In this document: in pieces, positions 37,759 through 47,424 of the stretch
Numbering within the stretch: position 1 is the first letter of the stretch
Layout: each line of letters begins with the position of its first letter
Assembly: GCA_963783305.1 (NCBI GenBank)
Contig: CAWAMW010000011.1
Span: forward strand, 64,001 to 128,000
Reading direction: 5' to 3'
Length of the DNA: 64,000 nt
Source of the DNA: an uncultured Gemmatimonadales bacterium
GTDB taxonomy: Bacteria > Gemmatimonadota > Gemmatimonadetes > Longimicrobiales > RSA9
Position numbers and translations under genes: made by a program
Notes under the pieces: generated by a model
What the model was told of the DNA's origin: nothing
Seen by the model: the letters and a program-made list of their open reading frames with translations, nothing else
Databases searched by the model: none

Positions 37759-39335
37759 CGGAGGTGCTGAGCACAGACCTTCCCCGGCTGCCGGAGCCCG
37801 TCGCCCGGCTCCTGGACGGGTACGGGATCTCCCGGCCGGACACGCGGGTACGGCTGTGGAGCCTGCAGCCCAGCGGTGAGTGGCTCTGCCTCTATCCGGA
37901 GACTTTTGGCTCGCCCGATGGCCCGGCCACCGGCGCGCGCGGTCGCCTCGACAGCACGGCCCACGGGAGCCTCGAGGTCGAGCTGGACGGGCCTGATGGC
38001 GAGCGCGAGGTGGGCTTCCTGGTATCGGTTCTCGACCAGCTGCTGGCGCACGAGAAGGAGGCGCGCTCGGCCGCCCACGAGCTGAGCGAGCGGTACGAGG
38101 AGATCAACCTTCTCTACTCCATCTCCGAGATCCTGGCGTCCTTCCTCTCGATGGAGAAGGCGACCACGCGAATCATGGAGGAGGTCACCGACGTCCTCGG
38201 GGCGCGGCGCGGCGCCCTGTGGGTGGCGGAGCAGGCGACGAACCGGCTGGTGCTGGCCGCCGCGGTGGGGGACGAGGGTCTGGACGGCCCCATCGACATC
38301 GACGAGGAGTCATCGGTGACGGCGCGGGTGTACCGCGAGCGGCAGCCCATCAACCTGGAGTGGGGAGACCAGCTCCCGCAGAGCACGCTGCGCGAGCCGC
38401 GTCCTCACGGGGAGGAGCCGTACCTGTCGGTGCCCGTCAACTACACGCCGCCCGACGGCGACAGCCGCACCGTGGGTGTGATCACGCTGGTGGGTCGCCG
38501 CACGGATGTCCGCTTCAGCGCGGGCGATCTCCGGCTCCTTACCGCCATCGCCAGCCAGGTGGCCGCGGCGCTGGAGACGCAGCGTCTGGTGAAGGAGAGC
38601 CTGCGCCGGGAGCGGGTGGAGCGCGAGCTCGAGCTGGCCCACGACCTCCAGCTCAAGCTGCTGCCCGACGCGGGCCGCTTCGGGCCGGGTGACCGCCTGG
38701 CGGCACGCTGCCTTCCCGCCGACTCCGTGGGAGGGGACCTCTACCACCTGTTCGACCTTTCGGACGGACGTCTCGGGGTGGTGATCGCGGATGTCTCGAG
38801 CCATGGCTTCTCGGCCGCGCTCATCATGGCGCTGACCATGAGCGCCATCGCCATTTACGCCCAGGAGGCGGATCAGCCGGGCGAGGTGCTCCGGAAGCTC
38901 CACCAGTCGCTGATCGACGAGCTCGAGTCCACGGAGATGTACATGACCATCCTCTTCGCCGTGCTCGATCCCGGCGCCGGGGAGATCGTCTACGCCAACG
39001 CGGGGCATCCCCACGCGTTCGTGGTGGGGGAGGGGGGTGCGGTGGACCGGCTGGGCGCCACCAGCCCGCCGCTCGGCACCTTCACGTTCCCGGAGTACGG
39101 CCAGCGGCGGGTGCCGATTCGATCGGGCGACCTGGTGCTCCTGTTCACCGACGGGCTCTCCGACGCCTTTTCCGGGGAAGCGGGGATCACGGGCGAGCAA
39201 CAGCTCCTGGCCGAAGTGATCGCGCTCCGCGAACAGACGCCGTTGGCGATCATGGATCACATCTTCGGCGCGGCGGGAACCGGCCAGAACCACGTGCCGC
39301 CGGATGATCGCACGGCCGTCATCCTCCGGAGCTGA
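37755..39335 (+). CDS. GAF + SpoIIE/PP2C phosphatase (RsbU-like)
   Basis: GAF region, ELELAHDLQ..LLP, VGGDLY, IADVSSHG, NAGH, FTDGL, DDRTA; ATGA overlap start. Confidence 0.92.
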   Translation: MTEVLSTDLPRLPEPVARLLDGYGISRPDTRVRLWSLQPSGEWLCLYPETFGSPDGPATGARGRLDSTAHGSLEVELDGPDGEREVGFLVSVLDQLLAHEKEARSAAHELSERYEEINLLYSISEILASFLSMEKATTRIMEEVTDVLGARRGALWVAEQATNRLVLAAAVGDEGLDGPIDIDEESSVTARVYRERQPINLEWGDQLPQSTLREPRPHGEEPYLSVPVNYTPPDGDSRTVGVITLVGRRTDVRFSAGDLRLLTAIASQVAAALETQRLVKESLRRERVERELELAHDLQLKLLPDAGRFGPGDRLAARCLPADSVGGDLYHLFDLSDGRLGVVIADVSSHGFSAALIMALTMSAIAIYAQEADQPGEVLRKLHQSLIDELESTEMYMTILFAVLDPGAGEIVYANAGHPHAFVVGEGGAVDRLGATSPPLGTFTFPEYGQRRVPIRSGDLVLLFTDGLSDAFSGEAGITGEQQLLAEVIALREQTPLAIMDHIFGAAGTGQNHVPPDDRTAVILRS

Positions 39336-40155
39336 CCCCGCCGTGCGGGCGCGCGCCAAACGGTCGCTGGGCCAGAACTTCCTCGTGGATCCCAACCTCC
39401 AGCGAAAGATCGTGGAGGCCGTGGCGATCGTGCCGGGGGATACCGTGGTGGAGATCGGGCCGGGGCAGGGTGCGCTGACGGGGCACCTGGCGGAGCAGGC
39501 TGATCGTCTCGTGGCCGTGGAGCTCGACCACGTGCTGGCGGAGGCTCTTTCGGCCCGCTACCCCGAAAAGAGCGGCGTGCGTATCGTTCATCACGACATC
39601 CTGGACTGGGACCCGTCGGAGATCCTCTTGCGGTCGCCGGTCAAGGTCGTCGGCAACATCCCCTACAACATCACCTCGCCGATCCTCTTCCGCCTCATGG
39701 AATGGCGGCCCCGGCCGGAGCGCGTGGTGGTCATGGTCCAGAAGGAGGTGGCCGAGCGGCTCCAGGCCCCGCCCGGCGAGAAGGCGTACGGCGCACTCAC
39801 CGTGGGGATCCGGGCGGTCGCCGAGGTGGAGAAGCTCTTCGATGTGGGGCGGCAGGCGTTCCGGCCCGTGCCGAACGTGGACTCGTCCGTGATCCGGCTG
39901 CGTCCGCGGGACGGAGCGCGGAGTCCAGCAGAGGCGGAGGAGCTCCGCGCGCTGACGCGGGCCGCGTTCGGAATGCGTCGCAAGCAGCTGCAGAAGATCC
40001 TCCGGACCGCACCCGGATACGGTCTCGATCCGGAGGGTGCGGAGGCAGTGCTGGAGGGCGTGGGTGTGCGGCCGACGGACCGGCCGGAGGTGCTGGATCC
40101 GGAGACGTTCGTCGAGCTGGCGGCTGCTCTGGGACGACTGGGATACCCTCGATAG
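39304..40155 (+). CDS. rsmA: 16S rRNA adenine dimethyltransferase RsmA/KsgA
   Basis: KRSLGQNFL, EIGPGQG, GNIPYNITSP, MVQKEVAER, RRKQL; start may be GTG 39343. Confidence 0.96.
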   Translation: MIARPSSSGADPAVRARAKRSLGQNFLVDPNLQRKIVEAVAIVPGDTVVEIGPGQGALTGHLAEQADRLVAVELDHVLAEALSARYPEKSGVRIVHHDILDWDPSEILLRSPVKVVGNIPYNITSPILFRLMEWRPRPERVVVMVQKEVAERLQAPPGEKAYGALTVGIRAVAEVEKLFDVGRQAFRPVPNVDSSVIRLRPRDGARSPAEAEELRALTRAAFGMRRKQLQKILRTAPGYGLDPEGAEAVLEGVGVRPTDRPEVLDPETFVELAAALGRLGYPR

Positions 40156-40166
40156 AAAGAGGTCGT

Positions 40167-41519
40167 GTGAGCGCGGACGGCGGCATCCTGCGAACCCTCG
40201 GGCTGCACCGGCGCGAGCTCCGCAGCTGGGCCATGTACGACTGGGCCAACTCGGCGTTCGCCACCACCATCATGGCGGCCGTCCTGCCCATCTACTATGT
40301 GCAGGTGGCCGGCTCGACGCTGCCGTCGAACGTCGCTCTCTCGTACTGGGCGTACACGGCGGCCATCGCCCTCTTCCTCATCGTCGTGGCCTCGCCCATC
40401 CTCGGCGCCATGGCCGACTACCTGGGGGCGAAGAAGAAGTTCCTGGCCGGGTTCCTGGCCCTCGGCGTGGCCGCCACCTTCGGCCTCAGCTTCGTCCAGA
40501 CCGGTGACTGGACCCTCGCGTCCCTCCTGTTCATTCTCGGGAACATCGGCTTCACGGGCTCCATCATCTTCTACTCGTCTCTGCTCCCCCACATCGCCAG
40601 CGATGACGAGCTCGACAGCGTGGCCACCGGCGGCTGGGCCGTCGGGTACGTGGGTGGGGGTCTGCTCCTGATCATCAACGCGGCCATGATCATCCGCCCC
40701 GACTGGTTCGGCCTCGCCGACGAGGGCGCCGCTTCACGCGCCACATTCGTCTCGGTCGCGCTCTGGTGGGCGCTGTTCTCGATCCCGCTCTTTCGCAATG
40801 TGGCGGAGCCGCCCCGGCGCATCGACGCCGCGGAGATCGGGCTGAATCTGAGCCCCGTCCGGATCGGGTTCCGCCGCCTGTCCGCCACGCTGCACGAGAT
40901 CCGACAGTATCGGCAGCTGGCGATCTTCCTCGCCGCCTTCTTCTTCTACAGCGATGGCATCGGGACCATCATCAAGATGGCCGCGGCCTACGGCAGCCAG
41001 ATCGGACTGGGCACCGCGGCGCTCATCGGTGCGCTCCTGGTCGTGCAGTTCGTGGGTGTGCCGTTCACCTTCGCCTTCGGCGCGCTTGCCGGCCGGATCG
41101 GGCCGAAGCGCGGAATACTGCTGGCTCTCGTCGTGTATTCCGCTATCTCGATTTTCGGCTACTTCGTCACCGAGGCGTGGCACTTCTGGGTGCTGGCGAT
41201 CGCGGTGGGCATGGTGCAGGGCGGCGCGCAGGCATTGAGCCGGGGTCTGTTCGCGTCCATGATTCCCCGGACCAGGTCGTCGCAGTTCTTCTCCTTCTAC
41301 AGCGTGTTCGAGAAGATGGCGGGCATCCTCGGACCGGTGGTGTTCGGTGTGGCCAGTCAGATCACGGGGACCGGTCGCATCGGGATCCTGGCGGTCATCG
41401 TGTTCTTCATTGCGGGCATCGTGCTGCTGAACCGCGTGGACGTGGATGAGGGACGTCGCGTGGCTCGCGCCGAGGATGCCGCCACGGAGGCGGCCGCCCT
41501 GGCCGCTACGGGAGCCTGA
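40167..41519 (+). CDS. MFS transporter, UMF1/ATG22-like
   Basis: SWAMYDWANSAF, SPILGAMAD, QALSRGLF; ~12 TM; GTG start at 40167. Confidence 0.88.
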   Translation: MSADGGILRTLGLHRRELRSWAMYDWANSAFATTIMAAVLPIYYVQVAGSTLPSNVALSYWAYTAAIALFLIVVASPILGAMADYLGAKKKFLAGFLALGVAATFGLSFVQTGDWTLASLLFILGNIGFTGSIIFYSSLLPHIASDDELDSVATGGWAVGYVGGGLLLIINAAMIIRPDWFGLADEGAASRATFVSVALWWALFSIPLFRNVAEPPRRIDAAEIGLNLSPVRIGFRRLSATLHEIRQYRQLAIFLAAFFFYSDGIGTIIKMAAAYGSQIGLGTAALIGALLVVQFVGVPFTFAFGALAGRIGPKRGILLALVVYSAISIFGYFVTEAWHFWVLAIAVGMVQGGAQALSRGLFASMIPRTRSSQFFSFYSVFEKMAGILGPVVFGVASQITGTGRIGILAVIVFFIAGIVLLNRVDVDEGRRVARAEDAATEAAALAATGA

Positions 41520-41521
41520 CG

Positions 41522-42343
41522 GTGCCGCCCTCTGCGCTGCTCGTCGTGCTGGCAGCCGCCCTGGCGGCCGCCCTCGTCGCCGCATCCCTATTCGGATGGC
41601 TCTGGTTGCGCGAGCGTCGGCGCATCGTCGCGGTGGAAGAACGGGCACGGCAGCTGAGCGCGGATCTCGCCGAGGCCAGAACCGCTCGCGAGACCTTCTT
41701 CGACCTGGCCACCCACGAACTGCGCTCCCCGCTCACCGTGATCCTCGGCTACCAGGAGCTTCTCGAGGACGGCGCGTACGGCCCACTCGACGAGAACGCC
41801 GCGGACGCAGTGGAGCGCGTGGGACGCTCCGCGCACCACCTCCTGAACCTCATTGACGGCGTGGTGGAGCTCAGCCGGATCCGGTCCGGGACCGTCCGGC
41901 CCGATCTCGAGGACGTGAACCTGGGCGTGCTCTTCGCGTCCGTGGCCGACGCCTTCCGCACCCACACCAGCGACCGCGGACTCGAGGCACGCGTCCAGCT
42001 GCCGCCGTCGCTCCCCACCGTTCGCTCGGACCAGGGCCGTCTCGTGCGCGCCCTCGACCTCCTGGTCACCTCCGCGGTGAAGAACCCGGCCGACACCTGC
42101 CTCGGGCTCGAGGTCTCCGAGATCCCGGGCGGCGCCACCGCCCGCATCACCGGCACACGAATCCCCGTCCTCCACGAGATCGGCGCCCTAGAGCTCCAGC
42201 TGGGGATCCGCGTCGCCGTGGCCGACGCCATCGCGCGCGTCCTCGGCGGAGCCCTCGACCTGGAAAAGGACGAGGCCGGGGCGGTTCGGACCCTCTCTTT
42301 CCGGGTCCAGGCGTTCCGGCCGGGTCCCCTCGAGCGGCTTTGA
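41522..42343 (+). CDS. Membrane-anchored HisKA protein with degenerate ATP-binding domain
   Basis: N-terminal TM helix, H-box ATHELRSPL; N, G1 and G2 boxes not recognisable. Confidence 0.78.
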   Translation: MPPSALLVVLAAALAAALVAASLFGWLWLRERRRIVAVEERARQLSADLAEARTARETFFDLATHELRSPLTVILGYQELLEDGAYGPLDENAADAVERVGRSAHHLLNLIDGVVELSRIRSGTVRPDLEDVNLGVLFASVADAFRTHTSDRGLEARVQLPPSLPTVRSDQGRLVRALDLLVTSAVKNPADTCLGLEVSEIPGGATARITGTRIPVLHEIGALELQLGIRVAVADAIARVLGGALDLEKDEAGAVRTLSFRVQAFRPGPLERL

Positions 42344-42368
42344 CGGCTATGGGGCCGACCCGTACTTT
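42340..42368 (+). promoter_or_regulatory. sigma-70-type promoter for rex-arcA
   Basis: TTGACG (42340-45), 17-nt spacer, TACTTT (42363-68). Confidence 0.75.
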
Positions 42369-42369
42369 C

Positions 42370-42387
42370 TTGTGAACGGGTTCACAA
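42370..42387. promoter_or_regulatory. Rex operator (ROP)
   Basis: TTGTGAA-cggg-TTCACAA, exact match to the Rex consensus TTGTGAA-N4-TTCACAA, directly upstream of rex. Confidence 0.92.
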
Positions 42388-42412
42388 ACTATTCCGCACC
42401 GCAGTTCCCTAC

Positions 42413-43054
42413 ATGAAGAAGGTATCGGAGCCGACGATCGGTCGACTCTCCCTGTATCTCCGGCTGCTGATGGAGCTCTCGGACCGGGGCGTTGTCACGG
42501 TATCGAGCGAGGACCTGGCGGCTCGGAGCGGCACCACGGCCGCGCAGGTCAGGAAGGACCTGTCGCTATTCGGCAGCTTCGGCAAGCGGGGTCTCGGGTA
42601 CGCAGTCGGCGAGCTGGAAGGTCGATTGCGCCGGATCCTGGGCCTGGAGCGGCGCTGGGGCGTCGCCCTGATCGGGGCGGGTCGGATCGGCTCCGCACTG
42701 TTCGGCTATGACAATTTCCGCCGGCAGGGATTCCTGATCGAGGCGGTCTTCGATGCCAATCCCGACAAGGTGGGCCAGCGCTGGAACGGTCTCGTGGTGG
42801 AGCCGGACAGTGCCATGGAGAAGATTGTGTCGGAGCGGGGTATCGAGATCGCCGTGATCGCGGTGCCGGCGGAGGCCGCGCAGCGTGTGGTGGACCGGCT
42901 GGTGGCGGCGGGGGTGCGCGGGGTTCTGAACTTCGCGCCCACGCGCCTTACGGTACCGTCCGAAGTGGAGGTGAAGGCGGTGGACATGGCATTGGAGATG
43001 GAAGGGTTGTCATACGCGTTGACGCGGGCGGACAGGCGATCGGGCGTCGCATGA
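42413..43054 (+). CDS. rex: Redox-sensing transcriptional repressor Rex
   Basis: RLSLYLR, QVRKDLS.FG.FG.RG.GY, GAGRIG, LNFAP. Confidence 0.97.
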   Translation: MKKVSEPTIGRLSLYLRLLMELSDRGVVTVSSEDLAARSGTTAAQVRKDLSLFGSFGKRGLGYAVGELEGRLRRILGLERRWGVALIGAGRIGSALFGYDNFRRQGFLIEAVFDANPDKVGQRWNGLVVEPDSAMEKIVSERGIEIAVIAVPAEAAQRVVDRLVAAGVRGVLNFAPTRLTVPSEVEVKAVDMALEMEGLSYALTRADRRSGVA

Positions 43055-43058
43055 GGAG

Positions 43059-44312
43059 GTGGGGATGAAGGAGCAGCGGGTACGTGTCACCAGCGAGATC
43101 GGTGCTCTACGACGTGTGATCTGCCACACGCCGGGCTCCGAGCTGCTGGCGGTGACGCCGAGCACCAAGGAAGACTTCCTCTACGACGACCTCCTCGACC
43201 TGGAGGAGGCGCGGCGGGAGCACAAGCGGTTCAAGGCGGTGCTGGCGCGGTTCGCAAAGGTGGAAGAGGTAGCGGATCTCATTCGCGACCTCATGGAGCT
43301 GCCGGAGGCGCGGTCGTTCCTCGTGGAGCGCGTCATGGATGTCACGCGCTCGGAGCCGCTGGCGAAGTTCCTCGAGGCGCTCCCGTCGAGCGAGCTGGTC
43401 AGCATGTTCATCGAGGGACGTGAGGTGGAGGAAGGCCCCCTCGCGCGGGTGCTGAACGTGGAGAGTTATGCCCTCCCACCGCTCCCGAACCTGTTCTTCA
43501 CGAGGGACGCGGCCATGGTGGTGGGCGAGGGGGTCATGATCGGCTCCATGCGCTACACCGTGCGCTGGACCGAGGAGATCCTGATGAAGGCGCTCTTCAC
43601 CTTCCACCCGGAGCTCCAGAACACCGGCCTCATCTACGACGGCAGCGAGGAGCGCCGCTCCGGCTACACGCTGGAAGGGGGCGATGTCCACGTGCTGCGT
43701 CCGGACACGGTCCTGATCGGCGTGTCGCAGCGATCGAGCCCCGTGGCGTTCGACGCCGTGGCGGAGGAGCTGTCGAAGAACCACGGGATCAGGCACATCA
43801 TCGTGGTGGTCCTGCCCATCGAGCGCGCCATGATCCACCTGGACATGGTGCTCACGATGGTCGACCGGAACCACCTCGTGATCTACCCGCCGGCCTTCGT
43901 CGGACCCGACCGTTACGCCGTCCTCTACTACAAGGCGGGGGAGTCGGCGGCCATGCAGGAAATGCCGAACCTGTTCGCGGCGCTCCGGGAGGTCGACCTG
44001 CCCATGGAGCCCATTTTCTGCGGGGGCGAGCGGCGTACCTTCCAGGAGCGTGAGCAGTGGTCGAGCGGGTGCAACTTCGTGGCGGTGCGGCCGGGTGTGG
44101 TTGTCGGGTACTCCCGCAACGAGCGCACGTACGCGGAGATGGAGCGTGAAGCGGGCTTCCGCATCCTGAAGGGGCACGACTTCCTCACCGGCGAGGTGGA
44201 GCTGAAGCCAGACGACCGCGCGGTCATCACCTTTGAAGGCGCGGAGCTGGTCCGCGGCGGGGGCGGCGGCCGCTGCATGACGCTCCCGGTGATCCGCGAG
44301 GATATCTGGTGA
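43059..44312 (+). CDS. arcA: Arginine deiminase
   Basis: SEIGALRRV, LPNLFFTRD, LEGGD, MIHLD, ELVRGGGGGRCMT with catalytic Cys; start GTG 43059 or ATG 43065. Confidence 0.92.
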   Translation: MGMKEQRVRVTSEIGALRRVICHTPGSELLAVTPSTKEDFLYDDLLDLEEARREHKRFKAVLARFAKVEEVADLIRDLMELPEARSFLVERVMDVTRSEPLAKFLEALPSSELVSMFIEGREVEEGPLARVLNVESYALPPLPNLFFTRDAAMVVGEGVMIGSMRYTVRWTEEILMKALFTFHPELQNTGLIYDGSEERRSGYTLEGGDVHVLRPDTVLIGVSQRSSPVAFDAVAEELSKNHGIRHIIVVVLPIERAMIHLDMVLTMVDRNHLVIYPPAFVGPDRYAVLYYKAGESAAMQEMPNLFAALREVDLPMEPIFCGGERRTFQEREQWSSGCNFVAVRPGVVVGYSRNERTYAEMEREAGFRILKGHDFLTGEVELKPDDRAVITFEGAELVRGGGGGRCMTLPVIREDIW

Positions 44313-44983
44313 GCGGACCGGCGGAATACTATCCGCCCGTCGCGGAGGACCTGGCGCTCCACACCCTCGAGTACGCCGTGGTCGACTGCGAGACCACCGG
44401 CGGCTCGCCCGGCCGTGGCGACCGGATCACCGAGATCGCGGCCATCCGCGCCGACCGCAGCGGTCGCATCCTGGACGAGTTCTGCACGCTGGTGAACCCG
44501 GACCGCGCCATCCCCCGCGGGATTACGCGCATCACGCACATCGACGACGAGATGGTGGCCGAAGCGCCGTCGTTCCCGGAGATCGCACCCCGCGTCCAGG
44601 AGGTCCTCGCCGGCGCGGTGTTCGTGGCGCACAACGCGCCCTTCGACCTCCGCTTCGTGGAGTGGGAGATGCGCCGTGGCGACTTCGGCCCGCCCCGTGG
44701 GAAGGTGCTCTGCACCGCTCGCCTCGCGCGGAAGATGGCGCCGGAGATGCGCAGCCGATCCCTGGACGCGCTGATCCACCGCTGGGACATCCCGTGTGAG
44801 CCCCGGCACCGCGCCTATCCCGATGCGCGGGCCACGGTCGACATCCTGGTCCGACTCCTCGACATCGCCGCGGAGCGCGGGATCGGCGGCTGGGCCGAGC
44901 TGGACGCGGAGCTGAAGAGGCGGAAGAAGCGGCAGAAGCGGTCCGCACTGCCGCGATCGATGGACTACCCGGAGTGGGCGTAG
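44309..44983 (+). CDS. DEDDh 3'-5' exonuclease (DnaQ/epsilon-like)
   Basis: VDCETTG, VAHNAPFD, LCTARLAR, HRAYPDA. Confidence 0.9.
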   Translation: MSGPAEYYPPVAEDLALHTLEYAVVDCETTGGSPGRGDRITEIAAIRADRSGRILDEFCTLVNPDRAIPRGITRITHIDDEMVAEAPSFPEIAPRVQEVLAGAVFVAHNAPFDLRFVEWEMRRGDFGPPRGKVLCTARLARKMAPEMRSRSLDALIHRWDIPCEPRHRAYPDARATVDILVRLLDIAAERGIGGWAELDAELKRRKKRQKRSALPRSMDYPEWA

Positions 44984-45003
44984 GAGTCGGCCGCGCGCCG
45001 CGC

Positions 45004-45031
45004 GTCGACCGCGCTGAAGCGCGGCGTCGAC
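45004..45031. terminator. GC-rich hairpin after the exonuclease gene (possible terminator, no U-tract)
   Basis: GTCGA-CCGCGC-tgaa-GCGCGG-cg-TCGAC. Confidence 0.35.
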
Positions 45032-45087
45032 CCGGCGGCCCACACCCGCCGCTCGCGCATGCCCCACTTCCCCTTTACGCTTCAGGT

Positions 45088-45172
45088 TCGACCCGTGAGG
45101 GCCACGCGGCCCGACCGATCGACAGTCAGCGCGCAGCGCCGCAGTCGACCAGGGAGCGAAGCGACCGATCGA
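45088..45172. repeat. Two REP-like units TCGACC..G.GAG-[hairpin]-CGACCGATCGA
   Basis: Units at 45088-45122 and 45145-45172 share TCGACC and an exact CGACCGATCGA (45112-22, 45162-72). Confidence 0.55.
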
Positions 45173-45203
45173 TGGCGTACCCAGGACTCAGCCGGAGCGA
45201 ACG

Positions 45204-46082
45204 ATGACGGACATCACGGATCTGCCACTGGTGCGGACGCGGAAGGTGGGATCGTACACGATCCACGCCCTCGAGGCGGGGCTTCAGCGGCTGGACGGCG
45301 GCGCCATGTTCGGCGTGGTGCCGAAGCCGCTCTGGGAGCGGCGGATCCCGGCCGATGATCGAAACCGGATCCCTCTCGGCCTTCGCTGCCTCCTGGTGGA
45401 GACGCCGGATGCGCTCGTGCTCGTGGATACGGGCGTGGGCAACAAGGAAGATGCGAAGTTCCACGACATCTACGGTATCCAGAACGACGGCTCGCCCACC
45501 CGGCTCGAGGACGCGATCCGGGCGGCGGGACACGCGCCGGCGGACGTGGACGTGCTCATCAGCACCCACCTGCATTTCGACCACGCGGGTGGAAACACCA
45601 TGGCGGAGCCCGATGGACGGATACGGCCGGCGTTCCCGGCGGCCCGGCACGTCGTGCAGAAGGCCGAGTTCGAGTTCGCGCAGATCCAGAACGAGCGGAT
45701 CCGGGCCAGCTACATGCCGCAGAATTACATGCCGGTGCAGGAGGCCGGGCTGTGGGACTTCGTGGAGGGGGACGTGGAGGTCGTGCCGGGCATACGCGTC
45801 ATGCGGACCCCGGGCCACACGCCCCACCACCAGTCCGTGGTGATCCGCTCCGAAGATGAGACCGCCTGTTTCCTGGCGGACCTCATTCCCACGGCCGCTC
45901 ACCTTCCGCTCCCCTGGATCATGGGCTACGACCTGGAGCCGCTGGTCACACTCGAGAGCAAGCGGTCGCTCATCGGGCGGGTCCGCGAAGAGGAGTGGCT
46001 GCTGATCTTCGAGCACGATCCGACCGTCCCCTGGGGGCGCCTGGACCCCTCCGAGAGGCGGCCCACGCTCATCGATCCGTAG
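45204..46082 (+). CDS. MBL-fold metallo-hydrolase (YtnP-like)
   Basis: LDGGAMFGVVPKPLW, VDTG, THLHFDHAGG, PGHTPHHQ, FEHDP. Confidence 0.9.
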   Translation: MTDITDLPLVRTRKVGSYTIHALEAGLQRLDGGAMFGVVPKPLWERRIPADDRNRIPLGLRCLLVETPDALVLVDTGVGNKEDAKFHDIYGIQNDGSPTRLEDAIRAAGHAPADVDVLISTHLHFDHAGGNTMAEPDGRIRPAFPAARHVVQKAEFEFAQIQNERIRASYMPQNYMPVQEAGLWDFVEGDVEVVPGIRVMRTPGHTPHHQSVVIRSEDETACFLADLIPTAAHLPLPWIMGYDLEPLVTLESKRSLIGRVREEEWLLIFEHDPTVPWGRLDPSERRPTLIDP

Positions 46083-46117
46083 TCGCCCAAGCGTACATCC
46101 CGGGGGCGTCTCGGCGA

Positions 46118-46147
46118 TTGGCCAGCCGGTCGCCGGCTCGCTATAAT
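46118..46147 (+). promoter_or_regulatory. sigma-70-type promoter for the thiolase operon
   Basis: TTGGCC (46118-23), 18-nt spacer, perfect TATAAT (46142-47). Confidence 0.65.
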
Positions 46148-46211
46148 ACCGCGGCTTGTCGGCCCTCCCGGAGGGCCGCGAAAAACCGGACGCCTCGCGG
46201 GAGAGTGATAG

Positions 46212-47423
46212 ATGAGTGACCCGGCACGGACAGCCGTCATCGTATCGGCGGCACGCACCCCCATCGGACGCTTCCTCGGCGGGCTCAGTCCGCTCTCGGC
46301 CACGGAGCTCGGCGCGCGCGCCATCCGCGCTGCGCTCGACCGGTCCGGCGTCGATCCATCGGATATCGGCGATGTCATTCTCGGGAACGTGATCTCTGCC
46401 GGGCTCGGCCAGGCGCCGGCGCGCCAGGCGGCCATCGCGGGCGGTGTGCCGGAGAACGTGGGCGCCATGGCCGTGAGTCGCGTGTGCGGCTCGGGGCTCC
46501 AGGCGGTGATGTCGGCGGCGCAGGCGATCCGCGCGGGCGACGAGCGGGTCATGCTGGCGGGCGGGATGGAGTCCATGTCGAACGCGCCCTACTACCTGTT
46601 CGGCCACCGGACCGGTGTGAAGTTCGGGACGCAGCAGCTGGTGGACGGGCTGATCCACGACGGCCTCTGGTGCGCGTTCGGACAGTGCCACATGGGTGGA
46701 CACGCCGAGTACACCGCCGACAAGGCGGGCATCAGCCGCGAGGACGCAGACCGCTTCGCCTACGAGTCGCACCAGAAGGCGGTCAAGGCGCAGGACGAGG
46801 GATGGTTCGAGGCCGAGATGGTCCCGATCGATATCAGCTCACGGAAGGGGACCACCACCATAGCGGCCGACGAGTCGCCGCGCCGCGACACGTCCATGGA
46901 GGCGCTGGGCAAGCTCCGGCCGGCCTTCACGGGCGACATGCCCGAACACATCACCGAGCCGGTGGTGACGGCCGGCAACGCGCCCGGCCTGAACGATGGC
47001 GCCGCCGCGCTGGTGGTCACGAGCGAGGAGTACGCCCGCTCCAACGGGCTGGAGATCCTGGCCCGGATCAACGCCTACTCGAGCGGCGCAGTCACGCCTC
47101 AGGAGCTCTTCTTCGCACCCGTGCGGGCCGTTCGCCGGGTCATGGAGAAGGAGGGCACGTCCATTGGCGACTACGACCTGATCGAGGCCAACGAGGCCTT
47201 CGCCGTTCAGGCGCTCGCCGACGGCCGCGAGCTCGGCTGGGACTGGGATCGCGTGAACGTCCACGGAGGCGCGGTCGCCCTCGGCCACCCCATAGGCGCT
47301 TCCGGCGCTCGCGTCCTCGTCACGCTCATCCACGCCATGCGCGAGCGCGACGCCCGGACCGGCCTCGCCACCCTCTGCCTCGGGGGCGGGGACGCCGTCG
47401 CCCTTTCCGTAGAGAGGATCTGA
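46212..47423 (+). CDS. Acetyl-CoA C-acetyltransferase (thiolase)
   Basis: [47 protein letters not shown]. Confidence 0.96.
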   Translation: MSDPARTAVIVSAARTPIGRFLGGLSPLSATELGARAIRAALDRSGVDPSDIGDVILGNVISAGLGQAPARQAAIAGGVPENVGAMAVSRVCGSGLQAVMSAAQAIRAGDERVMLAGGMESMSNAPYYLFGHRTGVKFGTQQLVDGLIHDGLWCAFGQCHMGGHAEYTADKAGISREDADRFAYESHQKAVKAQDEGWFEAEMVPIDISSRKGTTTIAADESPRRDTSMEALGKLRPAFTGDMPEHITEPVVTAGNAPGLNDGAAALVVTSEEYARSNGLEILARINAYSSGAVTPQELFFAPVRAVRRVMEKEGTSIGDYDLIEANEAFAVQALADGRELGWDWDRVNVHGGAVALGHPIGASGARVLVTLIHAMRERDARTGLATLCLGGGDAVALSVERI

Positions 47424-47424
47424 T

